Origin: Patescibacteria group bacterium
GTDB taxonomy: Bacteria > Patescibacteriota > Minisyncoccia > UBA6257 > HR35
DNA: 32,000 nucleotides
Direction: 5' to 3'
Assembly: GCA_030549845.1 (NCBI GenBank)
Contig: JAUQQN010000004.1
Location: 6,760 to 38,759 of the forward strand
The notes below the pieces were generated by a model that saw only the letters and a list, made by a program, of their open reading frames with translations, did no database searches and was not told the DNA's origin. The translations under genes were made by a program, and so were the position numbers. Each line of letters opens with the position of its first letter. Within the stretch, counting starts at the first letter, position 1. Positions 14,191 to 23,452 of this stretch are shown here, piece by piece.

Positions 14191-15322
14191 GAAATCTAAA
14201 AAAAATAAAAAACTAGCAACAAAAAAACAAAGAAAGTCAAGAAAAAAAGCCCTATTCGAAGCAAAAATAAAGGAACTCATAAGAAGAGGTAAGGGGAGGG
14301 GTTTTGTTACAGAAAAAGAAATATTAGAATTATTCCCCAAAATTGAAGAAGATATTGAATTGTTAGAAAAAATAGCTGAAGAATTAGATTTAGTAGGAAT
14401 AGAAATAAAAAGTAGTGGAGAACTTTGGGGATTAAATGATGACTTGGATGAAGAAAGTATTAGCGAAGATATCCAAAAACTTACAGAAGAAGAGGCTTTG
14501 GCTCCTCATATTCAACAATATTTAAAAGAAATAAATAAGATTCCGTTATTGACACCAGAAGAAGAAAAAGAGCTTGCAAAAAGAGCAGCCCAAGGAGATG
14601 AAGAAGCAAGAGAAAGATTAATAAAATCTAACCTGAGATTAGTATTTAGCATAGCTAAAAAATATTATGGAAGAAGTAAAAAACTTTCATTTATGGATTT
14701 AGTTCAAGAGGGGACATTAGGTTTAATAAAAGCTATTGACAGATTTGATTGGAGAAAAGGATTTAAACTATCAACATATGCTACATGGTGGATCCGACAA
14801 GCAATTACAAGGGCAATGGCCGATCATGCAAGGACTGTAAGATTACCTGTTCATATTATTGAACAATTATACAGATTAAATAAAATAAAAAAAAGACTAA
14901 CCGAAGAATTAGGCAGAGAACCTACTCCTGAAGAATTAGCTCAAGAGTGTAGGATACCTGAAAGAAAACTTCATAAGTTATTAAAGTTGACTTATGATGT
15001 TACTTCTTTGGAAAAACCAATAGGTGAAGGAGAGACAGAACTTAAAGAATTGATAAAAGATGATAGAGCTTTTTCTCCTGAAAAAGAGGCAAGTTTAGAA
15101 GTTTTAAGAAAAAGACTTCTAGAAGCTATAGAAGATTTACCACCAAAAGAAAAAAGGATTATAATGCTAAGATATGGATTGGAAGATGGTATTATGCATA
15201 CATTAGAAGAAATTGGAAAAATTTTTGGTATTACAAGAGAAAGGGTAAGACAACTTGAAATTAAAGCACTTGAAAGACTTAAAAACCATGGAATTGTTTT
15301 AGAAATTAAGAATTATTACTAA
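14183..15322 (+). CDS. rpoD: Primary RNA polymerase sigma factor (sigma-70, RpoD)
   Basis: Region 2 reads NLRLVFSIAKKYYGR...FMDLVQEGTLGLIKAIDRFDWRKGFKLSTYATWWIRQAITRA. Region 4 reads LEEIGKIFGITRERVRQLE. It overlaps the dnaG stop, as in the conserved dnaG-rpoD arrangement. Confidence 0.95.
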   Translation: MPRKSKKNKKLATKKQRKSRKKALFEAKIKELIRRGKGRGFVTEKEILELFPKIEEDIELLEKIAEELDLVGIEIKSSGELWGLNDDLDEESISEDIQKLTEEEALAPHIQQYLKEINKIPLLTPEEEKELAKRAAQGDEEARERLIKSNLRLVFSIAKKYYGRSKKLSFMDLVQEGTLGLIKAIDRFDWRKGFKLSTYATWWIRQAITRAMADHARTVRLPVHIIEQLYRLNKIKKRLTEELGREPTPEELAQECRIPERKLHKLLKLTYDVTSLEKPIGEGETELKELIKDDRAFSPEKEASLEVLRKRLLEAIEDLPPKEKRIIMLRYGLEDGIMHTLEEIGKIFGITRERVRQLEIKALERLKNHGIVLEIKNYY

Positions 15323-15331
15323 AATTATTAT

Positions 15332-16441
15332 ATGCTTTATAGAAAATATCGACCTAAAACATTTAAAGAAATAGTAGGTCAAGATATAATTGTAAGAATT
15401 TTAAAGAATTTTTTAAAAAATAAAAATAAAATACCTCAAGGCTATCTTTTTGCGGGGCAACGTGGAACTGGAAAAACTTCAACAGCAAGAATTTTTGCTA
15501 AAGCTTTAAATTGTTTAAATTTTGATTTAAATGATTGTGAGCCATGTAATCAATGTATAAATTGTGAAGCAATAAATAACGGACAATTTTTGGATTTAAT
15601 AGAATTGGATGCAGCTTCTAATAGAGGCATTGATGAAATAAGAAACATAAAAGAACATATAGGATTTAGGCCTATCCAAGGAAAATATAAGGTTTTTATA
15701 ATTGATGAAGCTCATATGCTTACAGAACCTGCTTTTAATGCTTTGCTTAAAACACTAGAAGAGCCGCCAAAGCATGCGATTTTTATTTTAGCAACAACAG
15801 AACCAGAGAAAATTCCACCAACTATTTTATCAAGAGTCCAAAGATTTGATTTTAGAAGGATCCCTATAAAAGACATAGTAAGAAAATTAAAAGAAATATC
15901 AGAAAATGAAGGCATAGAGGTAACTGAAAGAGCTTTATATTTAATAGCTGAAGAGGCAGAGGGTGCTTTAAGAGATGCAGAAACTTTGTTAGAAAAAATT
16001 ATATTATCATTAAATCCTCATAAAACAATTACTGAAGAATATGTTGAAGAGTTTTTAGGTAAAGTAAGCACTAGAGAAATTCTTGATTTTCTTGAAAAAT
16101 TAATAGAGAGAAATTTCGAAGAATCAATAAAAAAGATACACAAAGTTTATGAAGAAGGATATGATTTAGTGGTTTATGTAAGGTCTATTTTAAAAATCTT
16201 AAGAGATATTTTGGTTATAAAAACATTGCCTATCTGGGAGAAGCAATTAATAAAAGATTATGAAGAAGAAATTGTTCAAAAAATCATAGAAATTTCTAAA
16301 AAAATAAACATAGACTCGGTTAAAAAACTTATAAAACTATTCTCTGAAGCAGAGTTAAATATAAAAAGAGATCCACCAATTTTAACCTTACCGCTAGAAC
16401 TTGCTGCAGCAGAATATATTTTTGAAAAAGAAACTAAGTAA
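15332..16441 (+). CDS. dnaX: DNA polymerase III subunit gamma/tau (short form)
   Basis: It begins YRKYRPKTFKEIVGQ. Walker A is GQRGTGKTS. A Zn module follows (CEPCNQCINCEAINNG), then Walker B IIDEAHML and sensor SRVQRFDF. Confidence 0.92.
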   Translation: MLYRKYRPKTFKEIVGQDIIVRILKNFLKNKNKIPQGYLFAGQRGTGKTSTARIFAKALNCLNFDLNDCEPCNQCINCEAINNGQFLDLIELDAASNRGIDEIRNIKEHIGFRPIQGKYKVFIIDEAHMLTEPAFNALLKTLEEPPKHAIFILATTEPEKIPPTILSRVQRFDFRRIPIKDIVRKLKEISENEGIEVTERALYLIAEEAEGALRDAETLLEKIILSLNPHKTITEEYVEEFLGKVSTREILDFLEKLIERNFEESIKKIHKVYEEGYDLVVYVRSILKILRDILVIKTLPIWEKQLIKDYEEEIVQKIIEISKKINIDSVKKLIKLFSEAELNIKRDPPILTLPLELAAAEYIFEKETK

Positions 16442-16443
16442 AA

Positions 16444-16761
16444 CTACCGTACCTTGCTTCCAGGGGTTACTTGTTCTAATGGTACTATTATTACAGGACC
16501 ATTTTCTGAATCTACTGCAAGAAGCATTCCTTCACTTTTGATACCTTTTATTTCTTTTGGTTCTAGGTTATTCACTACAATAACTAATTGACCTAATAAC
16601 TCTTCTAAATCATATTTTTCTCCTATCCCAGCAACTATTGTTTTTCTAACTTCACCTATATTTACAACTAACTTTACCAATTTAGTACCTTCTATTTTTT
16701 CTGCTTCTTCTATTTTCCCTACTCTTAAATCTATTTTATTAAAATCATCTATTGAAATCAT
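16444..16761 (-). CDS. tRNA-binding domain protein (Trbp111/CsaA/EMAP-like OB fold)
   Basis: 105 aa. DLRVGKIEEAEKIEG..KL.KL.V.IGE ... VVVNLEPKEIKGIKSEGMLLA is the classic tRNA_bind domain pattern. Confidence 0.85.
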   Translation of the reverse strand: MISIDDFNKIDLRVGKIEEAEKIEGTKLVKLVVNIGEVRKTIVAGIGEKYDLEELLGQLVIVVNNLEPKEIKGIKSEGMLLAVDSENGPVIIVPLEQVTPGSKVR

Positions 16762-16991
16762 TACATTGGTATTGGACTAGGTATTTCTTTACAATTCTCA
16801 TTTATAGGATAAAAATCTCCATGTTGAATATGAGCCTCCTCAGCGCTTTTATTTATTTCAATTAAAACATATTGATTTTTTTGACTGTGTGTTTTGTGAC
16901 ATATTAAAACCTTTTCATTAGCTAAGCTAATGTTTATATAAATTAAACTACCTAATAAAAGAATTATGAGGAGAAATATTGTTTTGTGCAT
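16761..16991 (-). CDS. Small secreted protein, unknown function (signal peptide; Cys/His-containing)
   Basis: 76 aa. It has an N-terminal hydrophobic signal-like segment (MHKTIFLLIILLLGSLIYINISLA). The mature part carries ICHKT....NQYVLIEIN.SAEEAHIQHGD. Confidence 0.5.
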   Translation of the reverse strand: MHKTIFLLIILLLGSLIYINISLANEKVLICHKTHSQKNQYVLIEINKSAEEAHIQHGDFYPINENCKEIPSPIPM

Positions 16992-17036
16992 AATTTTAAA
17001 AAATTAAATTACGACCTTTTAAAATTATATTATAAA

Positions 17037-17921
17037 ATGCAAAAGGTTATCTTTATAACAGGAGCTACTGCTTCTGGAAAATCAGATTTTGCAATCTGGC
17101 TTGCAAAAAAAATAAACGGAGAAATTATAAATGCAGATTCTAGGCAGGTATATAAATTTTTAGATATAGGAAGTGGAAAAATAACAAAAAAAGAAGAAAA
17201 AGAAGTTAAACATTATCTTTTAAGCATTGCTTCACCAAAAAGAAATTATTCTTTAGGAAAGTGGCTTAAAGATGTAGATAAAGCTATAGAAAAAATTGTA
17301 AAAAGGAGGAAGGTTCCTATTATATGTGGTGGTACTATTTTGTATTTAAAAGCACTAAAAGAAGGGTGGATATTACCTAAAGTTAAGCCTGATTATAAAT
17401 TAAGAAAGGAATTAGAAAAATTAGATACTAACACGTTATTCCAAAAATTAGCAAAAATTGATCCAGAAAGAGCTAGAAATATTCAAAAAGAAAATAAAAG
17501 AAGGTTGATTAGGGCTTTGGAAATCGCTTTAAAGCTAGGAAGGGTTCCTAAACTTATCAAAAAGCCAAAATATAAGATTTTAATACTAGCTCCTTATATT
17601 GAATTTGAAAAATTAGAAAAAAGAATTTATAAGAGATTAAAAAAAAGAATAAAAGGGATTATAGAAGAAATAAAAAAATTACGAAAAATAGGATTAAGCT
17701 TTAAAAGGATAATAAGTTTTGGATTAGAATATGAATGGTTTGGGAAATATGTTATGGGCAAGATTGATCTTAAATTTGCTATTGAAAAATGTTATAAAGA
17801 TATCAGAAGATTTGCTAGAAAACAAATAAGAGAATTAAATAAAATTGGGGAAGTTAAATGGTTTAAAAATAAAAAAGAGTTATTGAAGATAGTTCAAAAC
17901 TTTCTTAAAAATGAAATTTGA
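17037..17921 (+). CDS. miaA: tRNA dimethylallyltransferase MiaA
   Basis: I trimmed the start to MQKVIFITGATASGKS (P-loop). NADSRQVYKFLDIGSGKIT matches the MiaA signature (.D.MQVY..LDIGTAK). Confidence 0.88.
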   Translation: MQKVIFITGATASGKSDFAIWLAKKINGEIINADSRQVYKFLDIGSGKITKKEEKEVKHYLLSIASPKRNYSLGKWLKDVDKAIEKIVKRRKVPIICGGTILYLKALKEGWILPKVKPDYKLRKELEKLDTNTLFQKLAKIDPERARNIQKENKRRLIRALEIALKLGRVPKLIKKPKYKILILAPYIEFEKLEKRIYKRLKKRIKGIIEEIKKLRKIGLSFKRIISFGLEYEWFGKYVMGKIDLKFAIEKCYKDIRRFARKQIRELNKIGEVKWFKNKKELLKIVQNFLKNEI

Positions 17922-18114
17922 AGATTTAATAATAATTTTAGGAATTTTTTTATTCCTCATAGGCATATTATTGAAATTAAACTTAAAAATCTTTCCTTTA
18001 CCTGGCGACATTTTGATTAAAGGAGAAAATTTTGTTTTTTATTTCCCCATTGTAACTTCTATAATTATAAGTATATTAGCTTCTATAATTTTATGGTTTT
18101 TAAGTAAAAAGTAA
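17911..18114 (+). CDS. Small membrane protein, DUF2905-like
   Basis: 67 aa with two TM segments and the conserved LPGDI motif (FPLPGDILIKGENFVFYFPI). Confidence 0.6.
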   Translation: MKFEDLIIILGIFLFLIGILLKLNLKIFPLPGDILIKGENFVFYFPIVTSIIISILASIILWFLSKK

Positions 18115-18165
18115 GAGTCTTTTAACTAGTTTTTCGAAAAGATAAAAATTTATAAGCAAATATTA

Positions 18166-19080
18166 TTACCCCAATTCTTTAAAAGCTTCAAAAATGGCTT
18201 TACTTTCTTTTTTAAGAACAACTTTTATTTTATCTGAAGGGAATCCAATTTGGATCAATAATTCTCTAACTTGAGGTGAAAATACAACAACACCTTTAAT
18301 TTTTGATAAAGGTACTTCTGGATATATTTTAATTTCTGGATTACCTGAGTATCTTCCTTTTAAACTTAAATAAGTTTGTAAGCTTCCCCAAATTTTGTCT
18401 CGCAATTCTTCATCTTCATAATATTCATAAGGCGAATTTTTAAAATAAAGAGCAAGAAGTGCGCAAAAAATTTGGTAAAAATGTTTACCTTCTAAAATTT
18501 GTTTCCGGTATTCTTCCAAAACCTCTTTTGTTTGATCTTCAGTCAAAAAGTCTATTTCCCATTGAGTTAATCCTGTTAATTTTCGCATAATTTCTAAAAT
18601 ATCTTCCAATGAAACTAAAGAAAAGTACTCTTGCAATATAGTAATTTCAACTCCTATTAGGATTTCGCCAAATTGAAAACGAATCGGATTCATGCTGAGA
18701 AAAACGAAATTATCTAAACCAAATTTTCTATCAAAACCATATGTATGGGTTTTGATTTTCATTCCTAATTCTCTTAATTTTCTCAAAGAATAAATACTTG
18801 AACGTTTTTTCCACATTTTAATAAAAGACTCAGTAGATGTGGAATGAAATAAAACCATTTTATTAACAAAATTTTTTGCTTCTTCTAGTTTTTTAACAAA
18901 AATTTCTTCAGAAATTCCTAATCTTTCAGCTTCTTCTTTAATTTTAGAAAGGATTATTAAAAATCTTTGCTCTCTTTCTTCTTCTGTTCCAAAAGCTTCT
19001 ATTGGTAGTTCTTTGGGAATACGTGTAACTACTTCTTGGCTTGAGATATCTTTAGTTTTCTTAAAGAATTTAAAAAACAT
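18166..19080 (-). CDS. Hypothetical protein; possible divergent ADP-ribosyltransferase-fold (DarT/Tpt1-like) enzyme
   Basis: 304 aa with three ordered motifs: VLFHSTSTESFIKMW (H79), LDNFVFLSMNP (about 122-131) and NPEIKIYPEVPLSKIKGVVV (E249). From memory, these resemble the H.T / aromatic-strand / E....P...I..I.V signature of DUF4433/DarT-type ART folds. Not verified by search. Confidence 0.3.
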   Translation of the reverse strand: MFFKFFKKTKDISSQEVVTRIPKELPIEAFGTEEEREQRFLIILSKIKEEAERLGISEEIFVKKLEEAKNFVNKMVLFHSTSTESFIKMWKKRSSIYSLRKLRELGMKIKTHTYGFDRKFGLDNFVFLSMNPIRFQFGEILIGVEITILQEYFSLVSLEDILEIMRKLTGLTQWEIDFLTEDQTKEVLEEYRKQILEGKHFYQIFCALLALYFKNSPYEYYEDEELRDKIWGSLQTYLSLKGRYSGNPEIKIYPEVPLSKIKGVVVFSPQVRELLIQIGFPSDKIKVVLKKESKAIFEAFKELG

Positions 19081-19222
19081 ATAAATATGTAAAGTTAAAA
19101 TTTAATTTGATATTTAAAAATTTTATATAAAAACCACAGCAACGCAATGGCTATAAAAAATTATTAGCTAAAGAGTTATCCACTAATAGATTTTATTAAT
19201 TTAAGGTTAAAATTTTTATAAG

Positions 19223-19294
19223 CGGGGTGTAGCACAGTGGTAGTGCGCTGGCATGGGGGGCCAGAGGCCCCGGGTTCGATTCCCGGCACCCCGA
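19223..19294 (+). tRNA. tRNA-Pro (anticodon GGG); no encoded CCA
   Basis: CGGGGTG-TA-GCAC-AGTGGTA-GTGC-G-CTGGC-ATGGGGG-GCCAG-AGGCC-CCGGG-TTCGATT-CCCGG-CACCCCG-A folds as a perfect cloverleaf. The anticodon loop is AU-GGG-GG. Confidence 0.9.
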
Positions 19295-19322
19295 ATAATC
19301 TGATCATATTTTGATAAAGCCA

Positions 19323-21608
19323 CTATTTTACAACAAAGCTTTGGGTAAAATTTGGAAGAGGAGGCTTTTTTATTTTTTGCCATTTTTCATCAGTAAGCCG
19401 ATCTCTCATCGGATGTTTAAATTCATAATATGAGAAAATTGGGCCAGAGGTTAAATATAATTCACCGCCATCTTTTACCACTACTAATAAATTTAGAGGT
19501 TTCCCGATCGCTTCTTCCAGAACTTGAAATGTATTGCTATCTGTATGAACATCTGCGATGATTTCCATTTTTGTATCTGTTTCTGAAGCAATTTCTTTCA
19601 TTTCTTTTATAGAAAAACTAACCAAATTTTCAAGGATGTGACCTATATTTTTAATAAATTCGTAATCATCCTTTTCTAAATCCTTATTCGTTAATTCTTT
19701 TTCAGATATTGTCTTTAGGGTCAAAAGAATTTCTTCCATTTTTGTAAGTTTGTATTTGTATTCAGAGCTTAACAAATTTCTCGATTCTAATCCTTCTCGC
19801 ATGAATTTTGCTAAAGAAGCAAGCCGAGCGTATACTTCAGGATTAGGTTCTACATAGCCACGGTCTTTTACTGGAGGCCCTGGCTCGAATTCTATAGGCG
19901 AAAGAATTTCCCTAATAGTATAACTTTGTTTTGCATAAAGAATTGTATCATGTCGCAGTTCTGTCCAAGAACCTAAAAATGAATTTAAATCTTTATCCAA
20001 CCAAGCAGCTTGTCGCATAAATATTGGATAACCTTTACCTTTCACTGTAAGTGTCGGCAAAAGTGAATACAACCAATTCCAGTATAAATTTTCCACCCAT
20101 TTGTTTTGTGGAAGTGATGAAAATTCTTGTCTAAGTTTTTGAAACTGCTCGTTATATCCATAAAAAGCAGAATCCCCTTCTCTATCAAGAATTTCTTTTG
20201 CTCTTTTTGAACCTAAAACTGCAGCAACATCTAAGCCTCTAGGAAAAGCTCTAACGGTTTGAAGTCCGATTGTTTCTGCTGTAAATGGCTGTGGCTCAGT
20301 CCCAATGTAATCTTTTACATTTGGAAAAACAAGTTGATGAAATATATAAGAATCTGGAACAAAACGTTGTCCCATAAAACGAAAACCTTTAGTTGCCTCA
20401 GTAGGATCTTCTGTTTTTAGAACAAATGAAGAGAAAATTTTAGGACCTAGTAATTTTTTAAGTTCGGCAATTACTTGATCAATTTTTCTATCGTCGGCAA
20501 GACTATTAACAGATATGTTTTCTCCAAAAACTTTTTTCATTACATTAAAATAATCATAAACATTAAAATCATCTGTTTTACCTACAAAAAAACTAGTAAC
20601 TTGGTAAATTCTATCCCAAACCTTTAATGCATCTTCTTGATTAACTTTCGCCTGTTTAAGCATTAATGAAATCAATAAGGCTTGACGTGTTTCTTCTTGT
20701 GAAGTAATTCTAAACCTCATTCTCCCATACCACATCATTGTTTTAAAATACTTTTTGAAATCTTCATTTCGAGTATAATGCCCGCGTGGGATATATTGAC
20801 TGTAATCTTCTATATAGCCAAAAATAGGAGAATATTGAAAGCCTTCATGTTTATCAATTAAACTTAACTCTTTCTCCACAATATTTTTAACATCAGCTGG
20901 AACTGAAGTTTCTGGTTCAAGTAACTTTGAAGCGACCGCAAAATAAGCGACATTTTTCCTAGCGGCAGATTTCAGCTTAGGATCAGTAATGCTATTATAC
21001 TGATTTATAGCTGTTTGTAGTAATACTTTGTTTAAGTTTTTTAAATCAGGTATAAATTTATTTAACTCTATATTTCGCAAAGTGTAATCATAAAGAATAT
21101 GGAAAGCATGTAAAACAGAATCAATGGTAACAAAATTTGGTCGACCATTTTCGGTGTTGTCCTTATAAATAGAATAAATTTCATCATATTTAGTTGGTAT
21201 TGCAACAAAACCTTGTTTTATCAACTTTTGTTTAACTTTGTTGCTTAGATTAAATTTTTGCCTATTCTTAATTTTATTCCAATTTACTGGTAGGTTATAG
21301 GAGTCAGCATTTGGAATTATGTCTACAGTATATGGTTTATATTCAGCAAATTCTGTTAAAATCGTAGATTTTATAGAAATCGGTTGTTCTGTCTCAATCA
21401 ATTCAGCTGATTGGTATAGCTCAGGTGATTGTTGGTTACTTTTGTTACGATAAAAGAAGGTAAGAATAGTTATGGTGATAACACATAAAATACTAGTAAT
21501 AATCAAAATTTTTTTCTTAGCTTTTAGCTTTGATATCACAGAGGAGTTTCGATAATTTTCTTGCAAAGGCTCGTTTGGTTTATGCGGATTAAAATTTTTA
21601 TCATCCAT
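19323..21608 (-). CDS. Large membrane-anchored extracytoplasmic protein of unknown function (possibly DUF3160-like)
   Basis: 761 aa with a single N-terminal TM segment (KILIITSILCVITITILTFF), then a long, non-repetitive soluble region. The length and motifs such as PRGHYTR and MWYGRM remind me of DUF3160. That is recollection only. Confidence 0.4.
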   Translation of the reverse strand: MDDKNFNPHKPNEPLQENYRNSSVISKLKAKKKILIITSILCVITITILTFFYRNKSNQQSPELYQSAELIETEQPISIKSTILTEFAEYKPYTVDIIPNADSYNLPVNWNKIKNRQKFNLSNKVKQKLIKQGFVAIPTKYDEIYSIYKDNTENGRPNFVTIDSVLHAFHILYDYTLRNIELNKFIPDLKNLNKVLLQTAINQYNSITDPKLKSAARKNVAYFAVASKLLEPETSVPADVKNIVEKELSLIDKHEGFQYSPIFGYIEDYSQYIPRGHYTRNEDFKKYFKTMMWYGRMRFRITSQEETRQALLISLMLKQAKVNQEDALKVWDRIYQVTSFFVGKTDDFNVYDYFNVMKKVFGENISVNSLADDRKIDQVIAELKKLLGPKIFSSFVLKTEDPTEATKGFRFMGQRFVPDSYIFHQLVFPNVKDYIGTEPQPFTAETIGLQTVRAFPRGLDVAAVLGSKRAKEILDREGDSAFYGYNEQFQKLRQEFSSLPQNKWVENLYWNWLYSLLPTLTVKGKGYPIFMRQAAWLDKDLNSFLGSWTELRHDTILYAKQSYTIREILSPIEFEPGPPVKDRGYVEPNPEVYARLASLAKFMREGLESRNLLSSEYKYKLTKMEEILLTLKTISEKELTNKDLEKDDYEFIKNIGHILENLVSFSIKEMKEIASETDTKMEIIADVHTDSNTFQVLEEAIGKPLNLLVVVKDGGELYLTSGPIFSYYEFKHPMRDRLTDEKWQKIKKPPLPNFTQSFVVK

Positions 21609-21625
21609 GTTTTCTTCTTATATGA

Positions 21626-23452
21626 TTAAATATGATCTCTATTAAAAACTTCTGAATTCAAAATTTCTTCAAATTTTTCAAAAGGCAAATCTCCCAAATC
21701 TCCTTCTTTATGTTTTCTTACAGAAATTTTATTTTCAGATATTTCTTTATCGCCTATGATGATCATATAAGGTATTTTTTCTTTTTCTGCTTTTAGTATT
21801 CTCTTTGATAATGTTTCATCTGGTTCCCAGATTTCAACCCTAAAATTGTCTTTCAACTTGTAAAGAATTTTTTTTGCATAATCCATGTGTTTATCATTAA
21901 TCGGTAAAATAACTATTTGTATAGGTGCTAACCATAAAGGAAAATCTCCGCCATAATTTTCAATTAACAAACCGAAAAATCTTTCAATTGATCCCAAAAG
22001 CGCTCTATGAATCATAAATGGTGTTTTTGCTTTTCCATCTTTATCAACATAAGTGATATCAAATCTTTTTGGTAAATTAAAATCTAATTGAATCGTTGAA
22101 ATTTGCCAGGTTCTTCCTAATACATCTTTTACTTTTATGTCTATTTTGGGCCCATAAAAAGCTGCTTCACCTTTCATTATTTTATATTCCCAGCCAGTTT
22201 TTTCTATTGCTTTTTTTAACGCATTAATAGCAAATCTCCAATCTTTTTCTGATCCTAAATAATCTTTTTTCTTAGCAGGATTCCATATGCTTAGTTCTAC
22301 AAAAAATTCTTTAAATCCAAATTTTTCTAGGACATATTTTACTAAATTAACACAATTTAAAATTTCTTCTTCTAATTGTTCTCTAGTGCATAAAATATGA
22401 CCATCATCTTGAGTAAATCCCCTAACCCTTGTAAGCCCTGATAAAGTTCCTGATCTTTCATATCTATAAACTGTACCAAGTTCTGCATATCTTATTGGTA
22501 AATCGCGGTAGCTTTTAGGAGAGTTTTTATAAATCATTAAATGAAACGGGCAATTCATTGGTTTTAGATAGTATTTTTCATTTTCGATATCAATTGGAGA
22601 GTACATATTTTCTTTATAAAAACTTAAATGCCCTGATGTCTCAAATAAAGTTTCTTTTGCTATATGTGGAGTAAATACTAATTGATAACCATTATTTTTA
22701 TAAGTTTCGATAACAAAATCTTGGATTATTTGCCTAATTATCCCTCCTTTGGGAAGCCATAAGATTAAACCAGCACCAATTAATGGATTCGTAGTAAAAA
22801 GCCCTAATTCTTCACCTAGTTTTCTATGATCTCTTTTTTCAATTTCTTCTTGAAGCTTAAGATAGTTCTCTAATTCTTCTTTTGTTTTAAAAGCAATTCC
22901 ATAAATTCTAGTAAGCATTGGATTATTCTCATTTCCTCTCCAATAAGCTCCTGCAATTTTTACTAATTTGAAGCCATCTAGGGGTATTTCTCCGCTTCTT
23001 TTAACATGGCCTCCTTCGCATAAATCAATAAAATCTCCTGACTTATAAATTGTTACTTTTTTTATCTTTTTAGGTTTTTTCTTTTTTGTTTTAATCTCTA
23101 TTATTTCATCATAATCTGTTGTTCCATATTTTTGAAGATCATTTAAAAGTTCAATCTTAAAAGGTTGTTTCAATTTTTTAAATAAATTTTTTGCTGATTT
23201 TAAAGAAATTTCTTTTTTTTCAAATTTAATGTTTGCTTTAATCAATTCTTTGATACCATTCTCTAAATCCTGAAGAATATTCTCATCAATTTTTTTTGAA
23301 AATAAAATATCATAATAAAAGCCATTTTCAATAACAGGGCCTACACCAAATTTTGCTTTTGGATCAATTTTAAGAGCAACTGTTGCTAAAAGATGAGCTA
23401 ATGAATGCCTTATTTTGTATAAATCATCTAATTTCCTTGAAGATTTAACCAT
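21626..23452 (-). CDS. thrS: Threonyl-tRNA synthetase lacking the N-terminal TGS domain
   Basis: 608 aa. It begins directly at the editing/second-additional-domain motif (IRHSLAHLLA). Class II motifs are present (YRDLPIRYAELGTVYRYERSG; GFTQDDGHIL; GEAAFYGPKID). An anticodon-binding domain forms the C-terminus. Confidence 0.92.
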   Translation of the reverse strand: MVKSSRKLDDLYKIRHSLAHLLATVALKIDPKAKFGVGPVIENGFYYDILFSKKIDENILQDLENGIKELIKANIKFEKKEISLKSAKNLFKKLKQPFKIELLNDLQKYGTTDYDEIIEIKTKKKKPKKIKKVTIYKSGDFIDLCEGGHVKRSGEIPLDGFKLVKIAGAYWRGNENNPMLTRIYGIAFKTKEELENYLKLQEEIEKRDHRKLGEELGLFTTNPLIGAGLILWLPKGGIIRQIIQDFVIETYKNNGYQLVFTPHIAKETLFETSGHLSFYKENMYSPIDIENEKYYLKPMNCPFHLMIYKNSPKSYRDLPIRYAELGTVYRYERSGTLSGLTRVRGFTQDDGHILCTREQLEEEILNCVNLVKYVLEKFGFKEFFVELSIWNPAKKKDYLGSEKDWRFAINALKKAIEKTGWEYKIMKGEAAFYGPKIDIKVKDVLGRTWQISTIQLDFNLPKRFDITYVDKDGKAKTPFMIHRALLGSIERFFGLLIENYGGDFPLWLAPIQIVILPINDKHMDYAKKILYKLKDNFRVEIWEPDETLSKRILKAEKEKIPYMIIIGDKEISENKISVRKHKEGDLGDLPFEKFEEILNSEVFNRDHI

